Assembly (NCBI RefSeq): GCF_006345805.1
Contig: NC_043000.1
Span: 30,628,001 to 30,692,000 of the forward strand
Length of the DNA: 64,000 nt
Direction: 5' to 3'
Origin: Octopus sinensis
Taxonomy: Eukaryota
Every line of letters begins with the position of its first letter. Within the stretch, counting starts at the first letter, position 1. Both the position numbers and the translations under genes were made by a program. The notes beneath the pieces are model-generated. The model did not search any database. It was not told the origin of the DNA and was given only the letters and a program-made list of their open reading frames with translations. Positions 51,417 to 64,000 of the stretch are shown one piece after another.

Positions 51417-51660
51417 TGTCGGGCATGTGGAAGAGAGTGTAATTCGGCAGGAGGACTTAAACGACATGCAAATGTACATGTTACAACTACAGCCGGCTAC
51501 AACCAGTAAAGGTTTTAGTTGCCAATTTTGTACAAGACATTGTAGATCTTTAGCTGGGCTAAAAAGTCACATTCGATCACAGCACCAGTAACAGTTAAGC
51601 TTCGTGCAATGGCCATGCTCGAAAACGAGGGGGGAGCCATAATAATAATAATAATATATA
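51417..51660 (+). mobile_element. 3' end of an RTE-like LINE with two C2H2-type fingers and an (AAT)n tail
   Basis: CRACGRECNSAGGLKRHANVH, frameshift, then FSCQFCTRHCRSLAGLKSHIRSQHQ*, a short UTR ending ...gaaaacgaggggggagccat(aat)n. Confidence 0.65.
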
Positions 51661-51674
51661 TATATATATATACA

Positions 51675-52173
51675 CAACAGGTTTCTTTCATTTTCCGACT
51701 ATCAAATCCACTCACAAGAAGTTTGGTGGGCCCGAGACTTTTGTAGAAGACACCTGCCCAAGGTTCAACGCAGTGGGACTGAACACGGAGCAACATGGTA
51801 GTGAAGTTAATTTCTTTTTACACAGCCATGCCTGCGCCTAAGGTAGGTTTTAATATGATACTGCTGGTGTACACATACACAGGACCTTACACTTCAATCA
51901 GTCCAACTACGTCACACCTTGGGTAAGTGTCTTCTAAAATAGCATCAGTCGGAACAATTCCATGTCAGCGAATTCGATAAATGAAAAGTATGTGGAACCC
52001 GTCGTACACCATACAAACACTCACCCACAAACACCCACACACATACACACACACACCTATTCCGGGTTCAATCTCACTGTGTAGCACCTTGGGTAAGTTT
52101 CTTCTAGTATAGCCTCGAGCCGACCAAAGTGGAAATGTGGATTTGGTAGACGAGATCTGTGAAAACCCTGTCG

Positions 52174-52185
<12 letters not shown>
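51675..52185. mobile_element. SINE family A fragments
   Basis: Minus copy ~51675-51840; plus copy ~52060-52185 (ccgggttcaatctcactgtgtagcaccttgggtaagtttcttctagtatagcctcg). Confidence 0.8.
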
Positions 52186-52205
<20 letters not shown>

Positions 52206-53027
52206 TGTATGTATGTATGTATGTATGTATTTGTACTGTTGTTTGTTGTCGTGTAGCTGGTCACTGGTAGCGCTGATGCTGCTGGTCTTGTAGCAGGTCT
52301 TGAGGAGGGAGGGGAAGAGGAGGAGTTGCCTGCCGTTTCTTATACAGCAGCAAATGCAAAACCTGGCTGCTGTCACTTGCACTAGTCTCTTGTGTGGCTG
52401 CAGAGCTCCTAATTATTGTAACGCTTTGGGGCTGAGATAGCTGTACTGCTGCTACTGTGCCGCCGTGCCGCCGTGCCCCGGTTTCAGAATGATTTTAAAT
52501 TCGTGTTGCTGCTGATGTTTGGGCCAAAACAATCCGTTGCTGTGATTTAGTCATTCTGATCCTTATTTCATAGGTATGCATTGCAGAATTTCCTTGTTTT
52601 CCTTCAATGAAGGTCTTTAACAAATGGTCACTGGACTGACCTCTCTTACTGAGTATCAGATCACACATTAGCATGCTTTATTTTCTCACGTTGTTAAAAA
52701 CCATTCCTCTCGCACTGCAATTCATCTGCTGAGCGATGGTATTGTATTTGTGTCTCTCTATGAGATTAATTCCAGACAGGTTTGTGCGCTAAACCTGTTG
52801 TTACTGTCCTGGTTGATCTTGTCAGACGTGTAAAACCAATTTTTTGCTGAAATCATTACAAATTACTGCCATTTTGTTTTCTTGTCAAATAAAATTGTGA
52901 CAGTCTTTGCAACTTCAAATTCTCAAATGTAAGCTGTATAAGGCAGGTGACTTAAAACACTTATTTTAACTGTTTGATTATATATTACTCTCACGATGTG
53001 ATATAGCTGGAAAATTACTGTTATTCA

Positions 53028-54050
53028 GTTTTCAAAGAAATATTCACATCAACAGGACTGAAGACCTTCATGACGGTATATTATTTTACTCGCCTTTACC
53101 AAAGAACAATATCTGACCGATTGTGTTTACATCAACATACGTTTTGATGGAATACTCCAAAAGTATTCCTCGTATTAATGTCTATGTAGGTATTCAGTAA
53201 TGGTGGATTTCTCCATATATATTCCAGGAACATCCTTTTTTCTTTCTGAATGACATTTTATTTTAATATTTTTGGAGACAGAGTCGTGTTGCATAGGGCG
53301 GTGGTACCTTGACGTCTTTGGGCAGCTGTTAAATCCCATGCGCGATGTCTTCAAAACAGATATGACATTATGATGAATAGAGTTCCCCACCATCAAGCCA
53401 TACTGTGGCCATCGTCCTACGGTTCTTCTTTTCTCATTTCAAACAGTACAGGTTTCTTTATGAAAAGTTGGTCCACCCATCCTCACACCCGATTCTTTCC
53501 ACCTGCCTCTTCATCAATCACTATGTCGTTGAAATCAAAACGGTACTGGGCGAAAGGTTTGCGGCAGCGTGATTTCAGTTTGTACATTAATGTTTAGGCA
53601 AGTAATGGGCCTATGGTTTTCTGCCATTACTGGGGTTTCACTGTGGGCAACAAGATTCTTCGTATATCAATCTGATATTCCAGAGAGCTTTTGAATATGT
53701 ATATTAGTGATTTCCGCAGAATGTCAGCCTCTTTTAACAATATCCAACTATGAGGTGTCTTCTCGTTATGCAATTTGCCAAAACCTGTGGTGAATGTTTC
53801 CTGGTCAATTGCATATGATCTGCTGCTGAAGTTGGTGCAGTATTCTCTCCTTAGAATAATTAACCACAAGACATTACGTCTGAATTCTCACTTTTCGGTC
53901 CAGAATTACGATTAGCATTATTCAAGATATTCTGGAATCATTCTAGTGTGTATATATTTCATCATTCAGTTTTATTTCAAGATTTCTCCCAAAATGTATG
54001 TATGTATGTATGCATGTGCGTCTGCATCTCTGTATGTATGCATGTATGTG
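53028..54050 (-). pseudogene. Decayed non-LTR RT fragment (R2/R4/NeSL-like); left arm of an inverted duplication
   Basis: Reverse complement of 60830-61832; ORFs 53627-53869, 53370-53597 and 53175-53396 mirror ORFs 60997, 61249 and 61468. Confidence 0.7.
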
Positions 54051-54147
54051 TGTATGTATATATGTATGTATGTATGTATGTATGCATGTATGTATGAATG
54101 TTTGTATATAAATATGTATGTATGTTTGTATATATGTATGTATGAAA

Positions 54148-54357
54148 GGCGGCGAGCTGGCAGAAACGCTAGCACGCCAGGCGAAATGCGTAACCGTATT
54201 TCGTCTGTAGTCGCCGAGGTCGACTTTGCCTTTCATCTTTTCAGAGTCGATAAATTAAGTACCAGTTACGCACTGGTGTCGATATAATCGACTTAATCCG
54301 TTTGTCTGTCCTTGTTTGTTCCCCTCTGTGTTTAGCCCCTTGTGGGTAGTAAAGAAA

Positions 54358-54358
<1 letters not shown>
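54148..54358 (+). mobile_element. SINE family B inserted in a (TATG)n tract
   Basis: aggcggcgagctggcagaaacgctagc...gggtagtaaagaaata. Confidence 0.9.
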
Positions 54359-54393
<35 letters not shown>

Positions 54394-54875
54394 TGTATGT
54401 ATGTATGTACGTATATATGTATGTATGTATGTGCGCGTATGTATGTATGTATGTATGTATGTATGTATGTATGTATGTATATGTTTTGTGTTTGTCGCCA
54501 CTACGCTTCGCAATCGATGTTGACTTACATTTAATTTGTTCATTTCATCGATAAACATCTACCTATGAATTTATTAGTATATAACAACATCAACAAAATC
54601 GTTTACCATTAATTGCAAACGCATTAAATTTTGAAAAACAGAAAATCAATTTATGAAATAATTACTATTTATTGATAATAAAGTATTACCATAAATATGT
54701 TGTTGCATATTTTTTTCTGTATTTTCAACATTCTGACACACACCAAATACACACACACTAACACATACACACACAGCACTTGTGAGTAGATTTGTAAATG
54801 GAAACGAAAAGAAGCCTGTTGCGTATATATGTGTGTATATGTGAACACACACACACGCACACACACGTGCACACA

Positions 54876-54961
<86 letters not shown>

Positions 54962-54999
54962 TGTGTGTGTGATCTCTTGAGCACCACCAGCAAATATAT

Positions 55000-55175
55000 T
55001 TTTTCCTCTGTCTTCCCTTCTCGGGATCTTTCCTTCTACTTAATTCCGACGAAGAGCTCCGCTCGAAACGTTAAACCCTCCTTCCCTTCTTTCCTGAGCG
55101 TCAAATAATACTTTAATTGTTCCACGTCCTCGCGTTGCTGTGTTTTTTTCTGTGTTTTCTTGTTTGGATTAACTA
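55000..55175 (+). mobile_element. Family H1 terminal repeat with hammerhead-like core (CCGACGA variant)
   Basis: taatt CCGACGA agagctccgctc GAAAC GTT aaacc at 55042-55076; homologous to 16120-16320; ends gattaac(ta)n. Confidence 0.75.
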
Positions 55176-55898
55176 TATATATATATATGGTTTACACCTG
55201 GTAACTTACTGGTAAAGCACGGTCAGTCTCACAGTGATCGTTATAGTAAATGAAGGACGGAAGATGGAATATATGGGAAGTTATTAATCCCGACAACTGT
55301 TTCGACACATCTAGCATCGATTCCTTACGCGTCACCCCACCTCCATAAATATTTCTTTTTGTCCTTCAGTATTGAAACCCACGTCTTGTTTTTTATTTGT
55401 CACATTCTGTCCGTCATGTTTGCTATTTTGTACTCCTGCAACATCTTATTGTTGACGCTATCAAATTAAATTATATTATAGCTAACTTTCCGAAATTATC
55501 ATTGGTCAATAGTTATAGAGATGAACGAGTATGTCCACGATCTTTCTGTGTTTCTTGCAGTTTTCCTTGTGTGCTTCGGGTTAGATATGAATAGTTAACA
55601 CTAAGCAGCCCTGGGTTTGTAGTAAGAGTCCATCTCAGTTCGGTTGTTGAATGTCTTTAAGAAAATAGCTAAAAATGATATTTTCTCTTAATAATATTCC
55701 ATGTTGAATTGAATGTAATTTATTCCATTATGAGAACAATATAAATTCATTTCATTCCTGTATTCTTTCATAGGAAAAAAGTAAAACAGTTGACTAGAAA
55801 TCTTTTCCTCATCTCATAAATATAAGTACAGAAAGTGCTGCAGTACTTTCTATATCTATATAATGTGTATGTGTGTGTGTGTGTGTGTGCGCGCGCGC

Positions 55899-55938
<40 letters not shown>

Positions 55939-56050
55939 ATATATGTATGTATGATGGCCCGAAGCTTAGTGCTAATGTATTCGGTTAACGATCTTAAAGT
56001 TATCATTCCGATTCCAGGTGGCGGGTTGCATACACAGGCCGAGCACTTTA

Positions 56051-56964
56051 TTTCAATTTAGATTTCGATATTCTACCATGTCACGATGAAAAGGTATTTC
56101 GTTTATGTTCCTTATAAATGAAAACTTGTAGACTTCCTTCTGCCGCAGCGTTTTGCGATCTCAGATATCAGCGAAGAACTCAATCACAAATCCTGCCCGT
56201 TATGCAGAACTTGTTTAAAATCCATAGTAATCTGTGATACAAAGATGTGTTATAACCCGAGTTTCTTTATTTAATAATCTCTAACCTAACGTCCTGAGGA
56301 AAAGTGTAATGTAACTTGTCGATGCACAGATGTTGCTCTGACATTCAATGAGGACATTGACTTAACTGAGAATATAAATTTGAAATTGTTTGAAATGACT
56401 TACTCTAACTACTACTCCTTAATATTCTTCCACACAGGTGTTTCGTGCTACATGAATTAGTAATATTGAAGCTCATCTCATTAATCATATCTTATATAAA
56501 TTACTAATTCTTGTATCTCGAACAGTTGTGTAGAAGGATAATGAGAAGTAATTAGAATAAGTCATTTCAAACAATTTCAAATTTATATTCTCAGTTACGT
56601 CAATGTCCTCACTGAATGTCAAAGCGACATCTGTGTGTCAAGGAGTTACATTACAGATTCCTTCAGGATGTTAGGTTACAGACCGTTAAATAAGAAAAAT
56701 TGGGTCATAACGTGTATTTGCATCACAGCTTACAATGGATTTCAAACAAGTTCTCCATGAAGGGCGGATTTGTACCTGAGTTATTCGGCTCATATCTGAG
56801 ATCGCAAAACGCTTGTCTGCTGGTCAAAATCATAATATATTACACTTTCATCAATTCTTAAGTAGAAATTGACAGAAAGAAGGTTACAGTTTTTCATTTA
56901 TTGTGAACATAAACGAAATACCTTTTCTTCCTGATATGGTAAAGAATCTAAATCTAAATCGAAA
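56051..56964. repeat. ~900-bp imperfect hairpin (fold-back) with almost no loop
   Basis: 56051-56470 is the diverged reverse complement of 56490-56964, e.g. gaatataaatttgaaattgtttgaaatgactta vs taagtcatttcaaacaatttcaaatttatattc. Confidence 0.88.
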
Positions 56965-59900
56965 CATAAAGAAAAAAAAAGAACAGAGAAAATAAACAGC
57001 CATGTGAACGATTGCCCTAAGGAAAAGTAGGATTACTTGAGTATTTTCTTAGGTTCTGATGTATTTAAGGCAAAAACATTCTGAGAAAAGTCATAACCCG
57101 ATTCAGGTTCTGATGTCCTGAGGACAAAAACTCTGGCAAAGGAGAAATGAAGAGAAATATCATATATGCTTGCACTAGGTTGGATGCATAAAGACAGATG
57201 TAGAAAACGGATGAAAGTAGATTGCACTTTACAGTCTGATAAACTGAGAACAGTAAAGTGTTCTACTATCTGAGGCAAATTTAAGGCACGTTAATGAATG
57301 ACGGAAAAACCTTGTTTCGATATCAAACACTTGATGAAGCTGTAAATTCGATAAATACAGTACCCTTTCACCGTCGAGACCTCAGGAATTCTTGGACCCC
57401 GACTTCCTCCCCAAGATAGGGATAAATATGGCTCATCGGATAAATGAACCCGGAGAAGTGACGTGGCTGTTGAGTCGAGTTTCACCGACCATTCTCCGTG
57501 ACACAGTCATCGGCGCATGGCGCGGCTGAGCCCACCATTTGTTCCGGAGTGAGTGGCCTATCAAACCCTCTCGCTCCATCTTATTCTGCTTTACCGATAT
57601 TGACACTTCTCTCTTTTCTTTTCTTATCTCTCTTTCTTTCCTGTTTCTTTCTATTTAGATAATCCTACTTTTCCTTAGGGCAATCGTTCACATCGCTGTT
57701 TATTTTCTCTGTTCTTTTTTTTTCTTTAAACTTCGATTTAGATTCTTTACCATGTCAGGAAGAAAAGGTATTTCGTTTATGTTCACAATAAATGAAAAAT
57801 TGTAAATGTTTACAAGAAGGTTTTCCCGTCCTTCATTAAAGTTACCTAAATTGGTCCCAAATAGGGGAAACAGTTAAAAAAGAAGAAACAGTTAAATATA
57901 GTGCCGGTCACTGTCGAGACCTCAGGAATTCTAGGACCCCGATTTCGTCCCGAAAGTAGGGATAAATATGGCCCATCGGATAAATGAGCCCCGAGAAGTG
58001 GTGTGGCTGTTGCATCGAGTGTCGCTGGCCATTTTCCGTTTCACAGTCATCAGCGCATGGAGAGGCCGAGACCACCATTTGCTCTGGGGTTTGTGGTCCT
58101 TCAAACCCTCTCGCTCCATCTTATACTGCTTTACCGATTTTTACATTTCTCTTTTTTCCTTTCTTATCTCTCTTTTTTCCTATTTCTTTCTATTTAGATG
58201 TTATGAATTAGAAATGGAGAATATTTTTTACAGTAATTTCGTGTGAGACTGCAAAGAAGAAAAAACACTGCAAATTTGTTACCGTTCGATAACTTAAAAA
58301 CAAATTGCACTTCAAAGAATAAAGCACTAAGAATTTGTCATGATTTAATAAGTTTATTTAATTGGCATTTCATTAAAATTTGACGGATTAATACTATAAA
58401 TATATTAGATATTAGATACGATAAACCAACTAGCTTGGGGTTGCTAGAAAATTCATAGTTGTAGGTTATGGTTTACATATTTTCTTATTGCTTACACCTG
58501 CAATCAGTTGGTTTTTTATCACATTTACAGTTATAACCATTGCAGCATGGAAGCTCTATGCCCTCGCCACACGCCTCCATTGTACAAGCAGCTCTCTTCA
58601 CCTGGCTACTGTAAATACAGAATATAATAGGAAATAAAAATTATTATTAAGTAATGGTTTCTAATTAAGGGAGATTGTAAGGAATTTTCTGGGAAAGCGA
58701 TTAGATGATATGGGTACTTTTGTTATCGACATCGATAGAAACCGAAGAATCTGGCTGGAATTGAAATCACAATATGCAGACTAGAACAAATAACACTTGT
58801 CATATTGTTTTCTTCTATTAGCGATTAAGAAGCGTAATTTTTCGAATTTGTTAACAACTAAGTATATATACCCAGAATTCTACAGGCAGATGTGGAGAGT
58901 GAAAGGGGAATTAAATAAACAAATGTTGCTAATACTTAGCGTGGAGCAAGTATAATCTGTGGGCTTGAAGCGTGACGGCATTGCTGGGATCTTTGATACT
59001 CTGTAGTGTAAACCCGTTCTGGCATTTGTGTAGCTTTCAATTTCGAAATTTGGCACAATCCCTCCCAGGATCTTTGAGATGTATATTGCTGCATATCTCC
59101 CCAACCTTCGCTAGAGTAGGATATAAATTTGAAATTGTTTGAAATAACTTACTTTAACTCCTTATTATTCTTCCACGCAGGTGTTTCGTGCTACATGAAT
59201 TAGTAATATTGAAGCTCATCTCATTAATCATATCTTATATAAATTACTAATTCTTGTATCTCGCACAGTTGTGTAGAAGGATAATGAGAAGTAATTAGAA
59301 TAAGTCATTTCAAACAATTTCAAATTTATATTCTCAGTTACGTCAATGTCCTCACTGAATGTCAGAGCGACATCTGTGTGTCAAGGAGTTACATTACAGA
59401 TTCCTTCAGGATGTTAGGTTACAGACCGTTAAATAAGAAAAATTGGGTCATAACGTGTATTTGTATCACATCTTACAATGGATTTCAAACAAGTTCTGCA
59501 CGAAGGGCGGATTTGTGACTGAGTTATTCGGCTCATATCTGAGATCACAAAACGCTTGTCTGCTGGTCAAAATCATGATATATTACACTTTCATCAATTC
59601 TTAAGTAGAAATTGAGAGAAGGAAGGTTACAGTTTTTCATTTAAAGGCGGCGAGCTGGCAGAAACCTTAGCACGCCAGGCGAAATGCTTAGCAGTATTTT
59701 GTCTGCCGCTACGTTCTGAGTTCAAATTCCGCCGAGGTCGACTTTGCCTTTCATCCGTTCGGGGTCGATTAAATAAGTACCAGTTACGCACTGGAGTCGA
59801 TATAATCGACTTAATCCGTTTGTCTGTCCTTGTTTGTCCCCTCTGTGTTTAGCCCCTTGTGGATAGTAAAGAAATAGGTTACAATGTTTCATTTATTGTG

Positions 59901-60685
59901 AACATAAACAAAATACCTTTTCTTCCTGACATGGTAAAGAATCGAAATCGAAATCGAAACATAAAGAAAAAAAAAGAACAGAGAAAATAAACAGCCATGT
60001 GAACGATTGCCCTAAGGAAAAGTAGGATTACTTGAGTATTTTCTTAGGTTCTGATGTACTTAAGGCAAAAACATTCTGAGAAAAGTCATAACCCGATTCA
60101 GGTTCTGATGTCCTGAGGACAAAAACTCTGGCAAAGGAGAAATGAAGAGAAATATCATATATGCTTGCACTAGGTTGGATGCATAAAGACAGATGTAGAA
60201 AATGGATGAAAGTAGATTGCACTTTACAGTCTCATGAACTAAGAAAAGTAGTGTTCTACTATCTGGGACAAATTTAAGGCACGTTAATGAATGACGGAAA
60301 ACCCTTATTGTCAACATTCGATAACAAACACTTGATGAAGTTGTAAATTCGATAAATACAGTGACGGTCACCGTCGAGACCTTAGGAATTCTTGGACCCC
60401 GGTTTTGTCCCGAAGGTAGGGATAAATATGGCCCATCGGATAAATGAGCCCGGAGAAGCGGCGTGACTGTTGAGTCGAGTTTTACTTGCCATTCCATTCT
60501 CCGTGACCATTTGGCCCGGGGTAGGTGGCTCATCAAACCCTCTCGCTCCATCTTATTCTGCTTTACCGATATTGACACTTCTCTCTTTTCCTTTCTTATC
60601 TCTCTTTTTTTCCTATTTCTTTGTATTCAAATGTTATGAATTAGAAATGGAGAATATTTTTTACAGTAATTTAGAGTGAGACTGG
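56372..60685 (+). repeat. Direct duplication: 56372-57650 repeated at 59121-60615
   Basis: Long colinear near-identity with an initial offset of 2749 bp; copy 2 carries an extra SINE. Confidence 0.92.
59644..59875 (+). mobile_element. SINE family B with ~20-bp TSD, present only in duplicate copy 2
   Basis: Flanked by aggttacagtttttcattta (59624-59643) and aggttacaatgtttcattta (59876-59895); the empty site is at ~56881-56900. Confidence 0.92.
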
Positions 60686-60803
60686 AAAGCGTCCTACGTA
60701 CAAACACAGAAATCATGCATACATACATACATACATACATACATACATACATACATACATACATACATACATACATACAAACATACATAGACGCAGACGC
60801 ACA

Positions 60804-60829
<26 letters not shown>

Positions 60830-60836
<7 letters not shown>

Positions 60837-61832
60837 GCATGCATACATAGACGCAGACGCACATGCATACATTTGGGGAGAAATCTTGAAATAAAACTGA
60901 ATAATGAAATATATACACACTAAATTGATTCCAGAATATCTTGAATAATGCTAATTGTAATTCTGTGCCAAAAAGTGAGAATTCAGACGTAATGTCTTGT
61001 GGTTTATTATTCTAGGGAGAGAATACTGCACCGACCTCAGAGGCAGATCATATGCAATTGACCAGGAAACATTCACCACAGGTTTTGGCAAATTGCATAA
61101 CGAGAAGACACCTCATAGTTGGATATTGTTAAAAGAGGCTGACATTCTGCGGAAATCACTAATATACATATTCAAAAGCACTCTGGAATGTCAGATTGAT
61201 ATACGAAGAATCTTGTTGCCCACAGCGAAACCCCGTGTTGGCAGAAAATCATAGGGCTATTACTTGCCTAAGCATTATGTACAAACTGAAATCACGCTGC
61301 CGCAAACCATTCCCCCAGTACCGTTTTGATTTCAACGACTTAGTGATTGATGAAGAGGCAGGTGGAAAGAATCGGGTGTGAGGATGGGTGGACCAACTTT
61401 TCATAAAGAAACCTGTACTGTTTGAAATGAGAAAAGAAGAACCGTAGGACGATGGCCACAGTATGACTTGATGGTAGGGAACTCTATTCATCATAATGTC
61501 ATATCTGTTTTGAAGACATCGTGCATGGGATTTAACAGCTGCCCAAAGACGTCAAGGTACCACCGCCCTATGCAACACGACTCTGTCTCCAAAAATATTA
61601 AAATAAAATATCATTCAGAGAAAAAGATTTTCCTGGAATATATATGGAGAAATCACCCGTTATTGAATACCTCCATAGACATTAATACGAGGAATACTTT
61701 TGGAGTATTCCATCAAAACGTCTGTTAATGTAAACATAATCCGTCAGATATTGTTCTTTGGTAAAGGCGAGTAAAATAATATACCGTCATGAAGGTCTTC
61801 AGTCCTGTTGATGTGAATATTTCTTTGAAAAC
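60830..61832 (+). pseudogene. Decayed non-LTR RT fragment (R2/R4/NeSL-like); right arm of the inverted duplication
   Basis: AENHRAITCLSIMYKL (cf. YRPITCL..MYKL), EEAGGKNRV*GWVDQLFIKK (cf. EEQ.G.....GC.DQLLI.K) and a degenerate QGDSLSP-like stretch near 61790-61830. Confidence 0.7.
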
Positions 61833-62349
61833 CAAAGAAGAGTTTAACACCAAACAACTGCTGCTAAGCTTCAGCTTCTACAAACAGATTATAAATTCCC
61901 GTTTATACTAATATTAAATCGTGCACTTAATTTTGTGAGTAGATGCCAAAGAGAAAATCTGCATAAGGTTAGGTAGTCAGAAATGAAATCTAGAAGCAAA
62001 CTCACACATTATAAATACATTCTGCAAGGGAAAGAGTGAACATATGAAAGGAATTTCGTCTATCATTTTTGTTGAGATGGTATTGTTCGGCCCGTGCCAT
62101 AGTAGAAGAACTTGCTCGGGGATTTAAACCCTCAAATTTGGTGGTTACGAAGTGAAGTTCTGAAACACACAGACATTTCTGCGCCCATATCTCAATACAT
62201 TTTTTAATAAATTTTGTAGGCTTACTACAAAGAAACAGTCTTCTTCCCGATATATCTCTCTCCATATGTTCCACTTCCAGATTTTCTTTTATGTACAAAC
62301 TATGATTTGGAAGCTGCCTCAGAACATGGATTTGCCAAATGCTAAAAGC

Positions 62350-62550
62350 ATTTCTACTCTAGGCACACGGCCTGAAACGTTGCTGGAGGCTACTACTGTG
62401 TTACGTTGACCCTAGATCTGAACTACTGTTTCGACCCAGAAAGGATGAAAGCGCAGTCAACACCCCAAAAAAAACCCACTCAAAATATAAAGCCGATGAA
62501 ATGCCTCTAAGTATTTTATCCAGAGTGTTAATGATTCTGCCAGCTTATCG
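62350..62550 (-). mobile_element. Degenerate SINE family B
   Basis: tttctactctaggcacacggcctgaaac...cgacccagaaaggatgaaagcgcagtcaac...gattctgccagctt. Confidence 0.7.
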
Positions 62551-63044
62551 CGTTGCCAATACACCTTGTCAATATATACACTCATAAGAAATGTAGATGT
62601 GTAGTTCTTACCTTTTAATCAGAGTACCGAAACTTACATACTTTCCTGTCTGAGTATGGTTGTGCGTGCTATCTGAAAGAAATATCAAAATGCATATTGA
62701 AGAATTGAATACACATTTACCAAAGTTTTCTGTACAAATACACAAAATATCCATGTAGCGCTCAACAGATGATTCATTAAATAGAGTGTAATGTATTTAT
62801 AATAATCCCATGTGAAAAAAGAAGCAGGATTATGACGACTGGAAGTCACATATCCTCACTCAGACATTTAATATGGTTCCTCACTGTAGTGATGGATAAT
62901 TTTAATACCTGAAGAAGGTAAAAGAATCGATGGAGCAATAAAATGGAAGGACAAGAAAACAAACAAAAAAGACACGAAACATTATATATAGCACTTGCTG
63001 ACTCAATTCTGCAATGATTTTAAAAATTACGAGTCCTAAAGGCT

Positions 63045-63125
63045 ACGGCGAAATAGGCAGAATCGTAAGCTCGACGGATAATATGCTTCGTGGCATTTTG
63101 TCCGTGTTTAAGTTCTGATCTTATG
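63045..63125 (+). mobile_element. SINE family B head fragment
   Basis: ggcgaaataggcagaatcgtaagctcgacggataatatgcttcgtggcattttgtccgtgtttaagttctga. Confidence 0.6.
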
Positions 63126-64000
63126 AAGGAGTAACAGATGAGCGGACACCACTAAAATTTTTCCCGATTTGTATATAAAACATTAGTCAGTCATATTGTT
63201 AATTAAATGTTGTATATTATACAGAAGAAGCGTAATTCCGAAGCGCAGTGTAAGTAAACGGAGAGTTATTTATCAGTAAGCTGTAAGTACACAGAAACTG
63301 GATACATCCGAAAGACTGCTGGGGTAGCGTTATTCAGTTTCCTTCTTTTCACCTTTCTGATTTCCTTCTTTTCACCCATTACATTTCAGATGACTATAAA
63401 GTACAAGAAATTTGAAATCATACTTACTTGGTTGATACGAGAGACTTTGTGAAATGATTACACAAAGCAATAGGACACTGATACCTTTCATCACGAACCT
63501 GCTGATATAAAGATATAACAACGAGAGTCATTAAAAACGCAAGCTTTTTTTTTTTCTTACAAAGAAGCAAAGTACTACAACAGAAATTTAGGTAACAATT
63601 ATCTTTTAACTGTTAAAATTTATTTTGCTGAATTTTCAAGCCTTACGCCATAATCATTTTATCAATTAGTGGCATAACCAATTTAATTACACCGTGTAAT
63701 TACACTAATGTAAATTTAATCGCACCAAAAGTACTAATATCAAATGTATAATTTAGGTAATGATATCTTCGAAGCATTAGTCCGTAAATATTGTCCATAG
63801 TGTTAACTGTGAATAAAATGTCCTTACTTGAAATATATCTGGCTTCTATTACTGTATTATTTTTATTTCTGCCCCAAACAATTATATGATTCTTGTCAAT
63901 TTACATTTAGCGGAATGTTGTACGTAAAATGTACAAATTCAGAAGTATTTTCTACATTTTCTATAACGAAAATCAATCTTTCCTTAACATTTCATTGTAT

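Noticed and set aside
58020-58065. Minus-strand CTGATGA ctgt GAAAC in the triplicated module
   Set aside because: Not conserved in the other two copies (GTCAC, or deleted), and no stem I/III partner or NUH site fits.
62002-62298. 98-aa minus ORF and a neighbouring LLLWHG (PARP-like) word
   Set aside because: Isolated short resemblance in a frame with stops; not supportable.

Overview
AT-rich, microsatellite-dense eukaryotic DNA. The SINE and MITE families match my recollection of coleoid cephalopod (Octopus-type) repeats; this is recognition from memory, not a database result. I can support no intact host gene or exon, and most ORF-track entries are translated (TA)n/(TG)n/(TATG)n repeats. 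The window contains: (1) Penelope-like retroelements (PLEs) of several clades, including a nearly complete RT + GIY-YIG element at ~3.85-6.19 kb whose 5' three quarters is inverted at a breakpoint that looks like twin priming; (2) three short repeat families with minimal hammerhead-ribozyme folds, one of which fuses a tRNA-like Pol III head to a hammerhead tail and also occurs as a head-to-head dimer inside a single 11-bp target-site duplication; (3) at least four tRNA-derived SINE families, one forming multimers with a fixed palindromic junction; (4) mariner/Tc1 remnants and palindromic MITEs; (5) a nested set of inverted and direct duplications and a ~900-bp hairpin at 53-62 kb. All motif calls and folds were made by eye, and repeat boundaries are approximate unless a motif is quoted.
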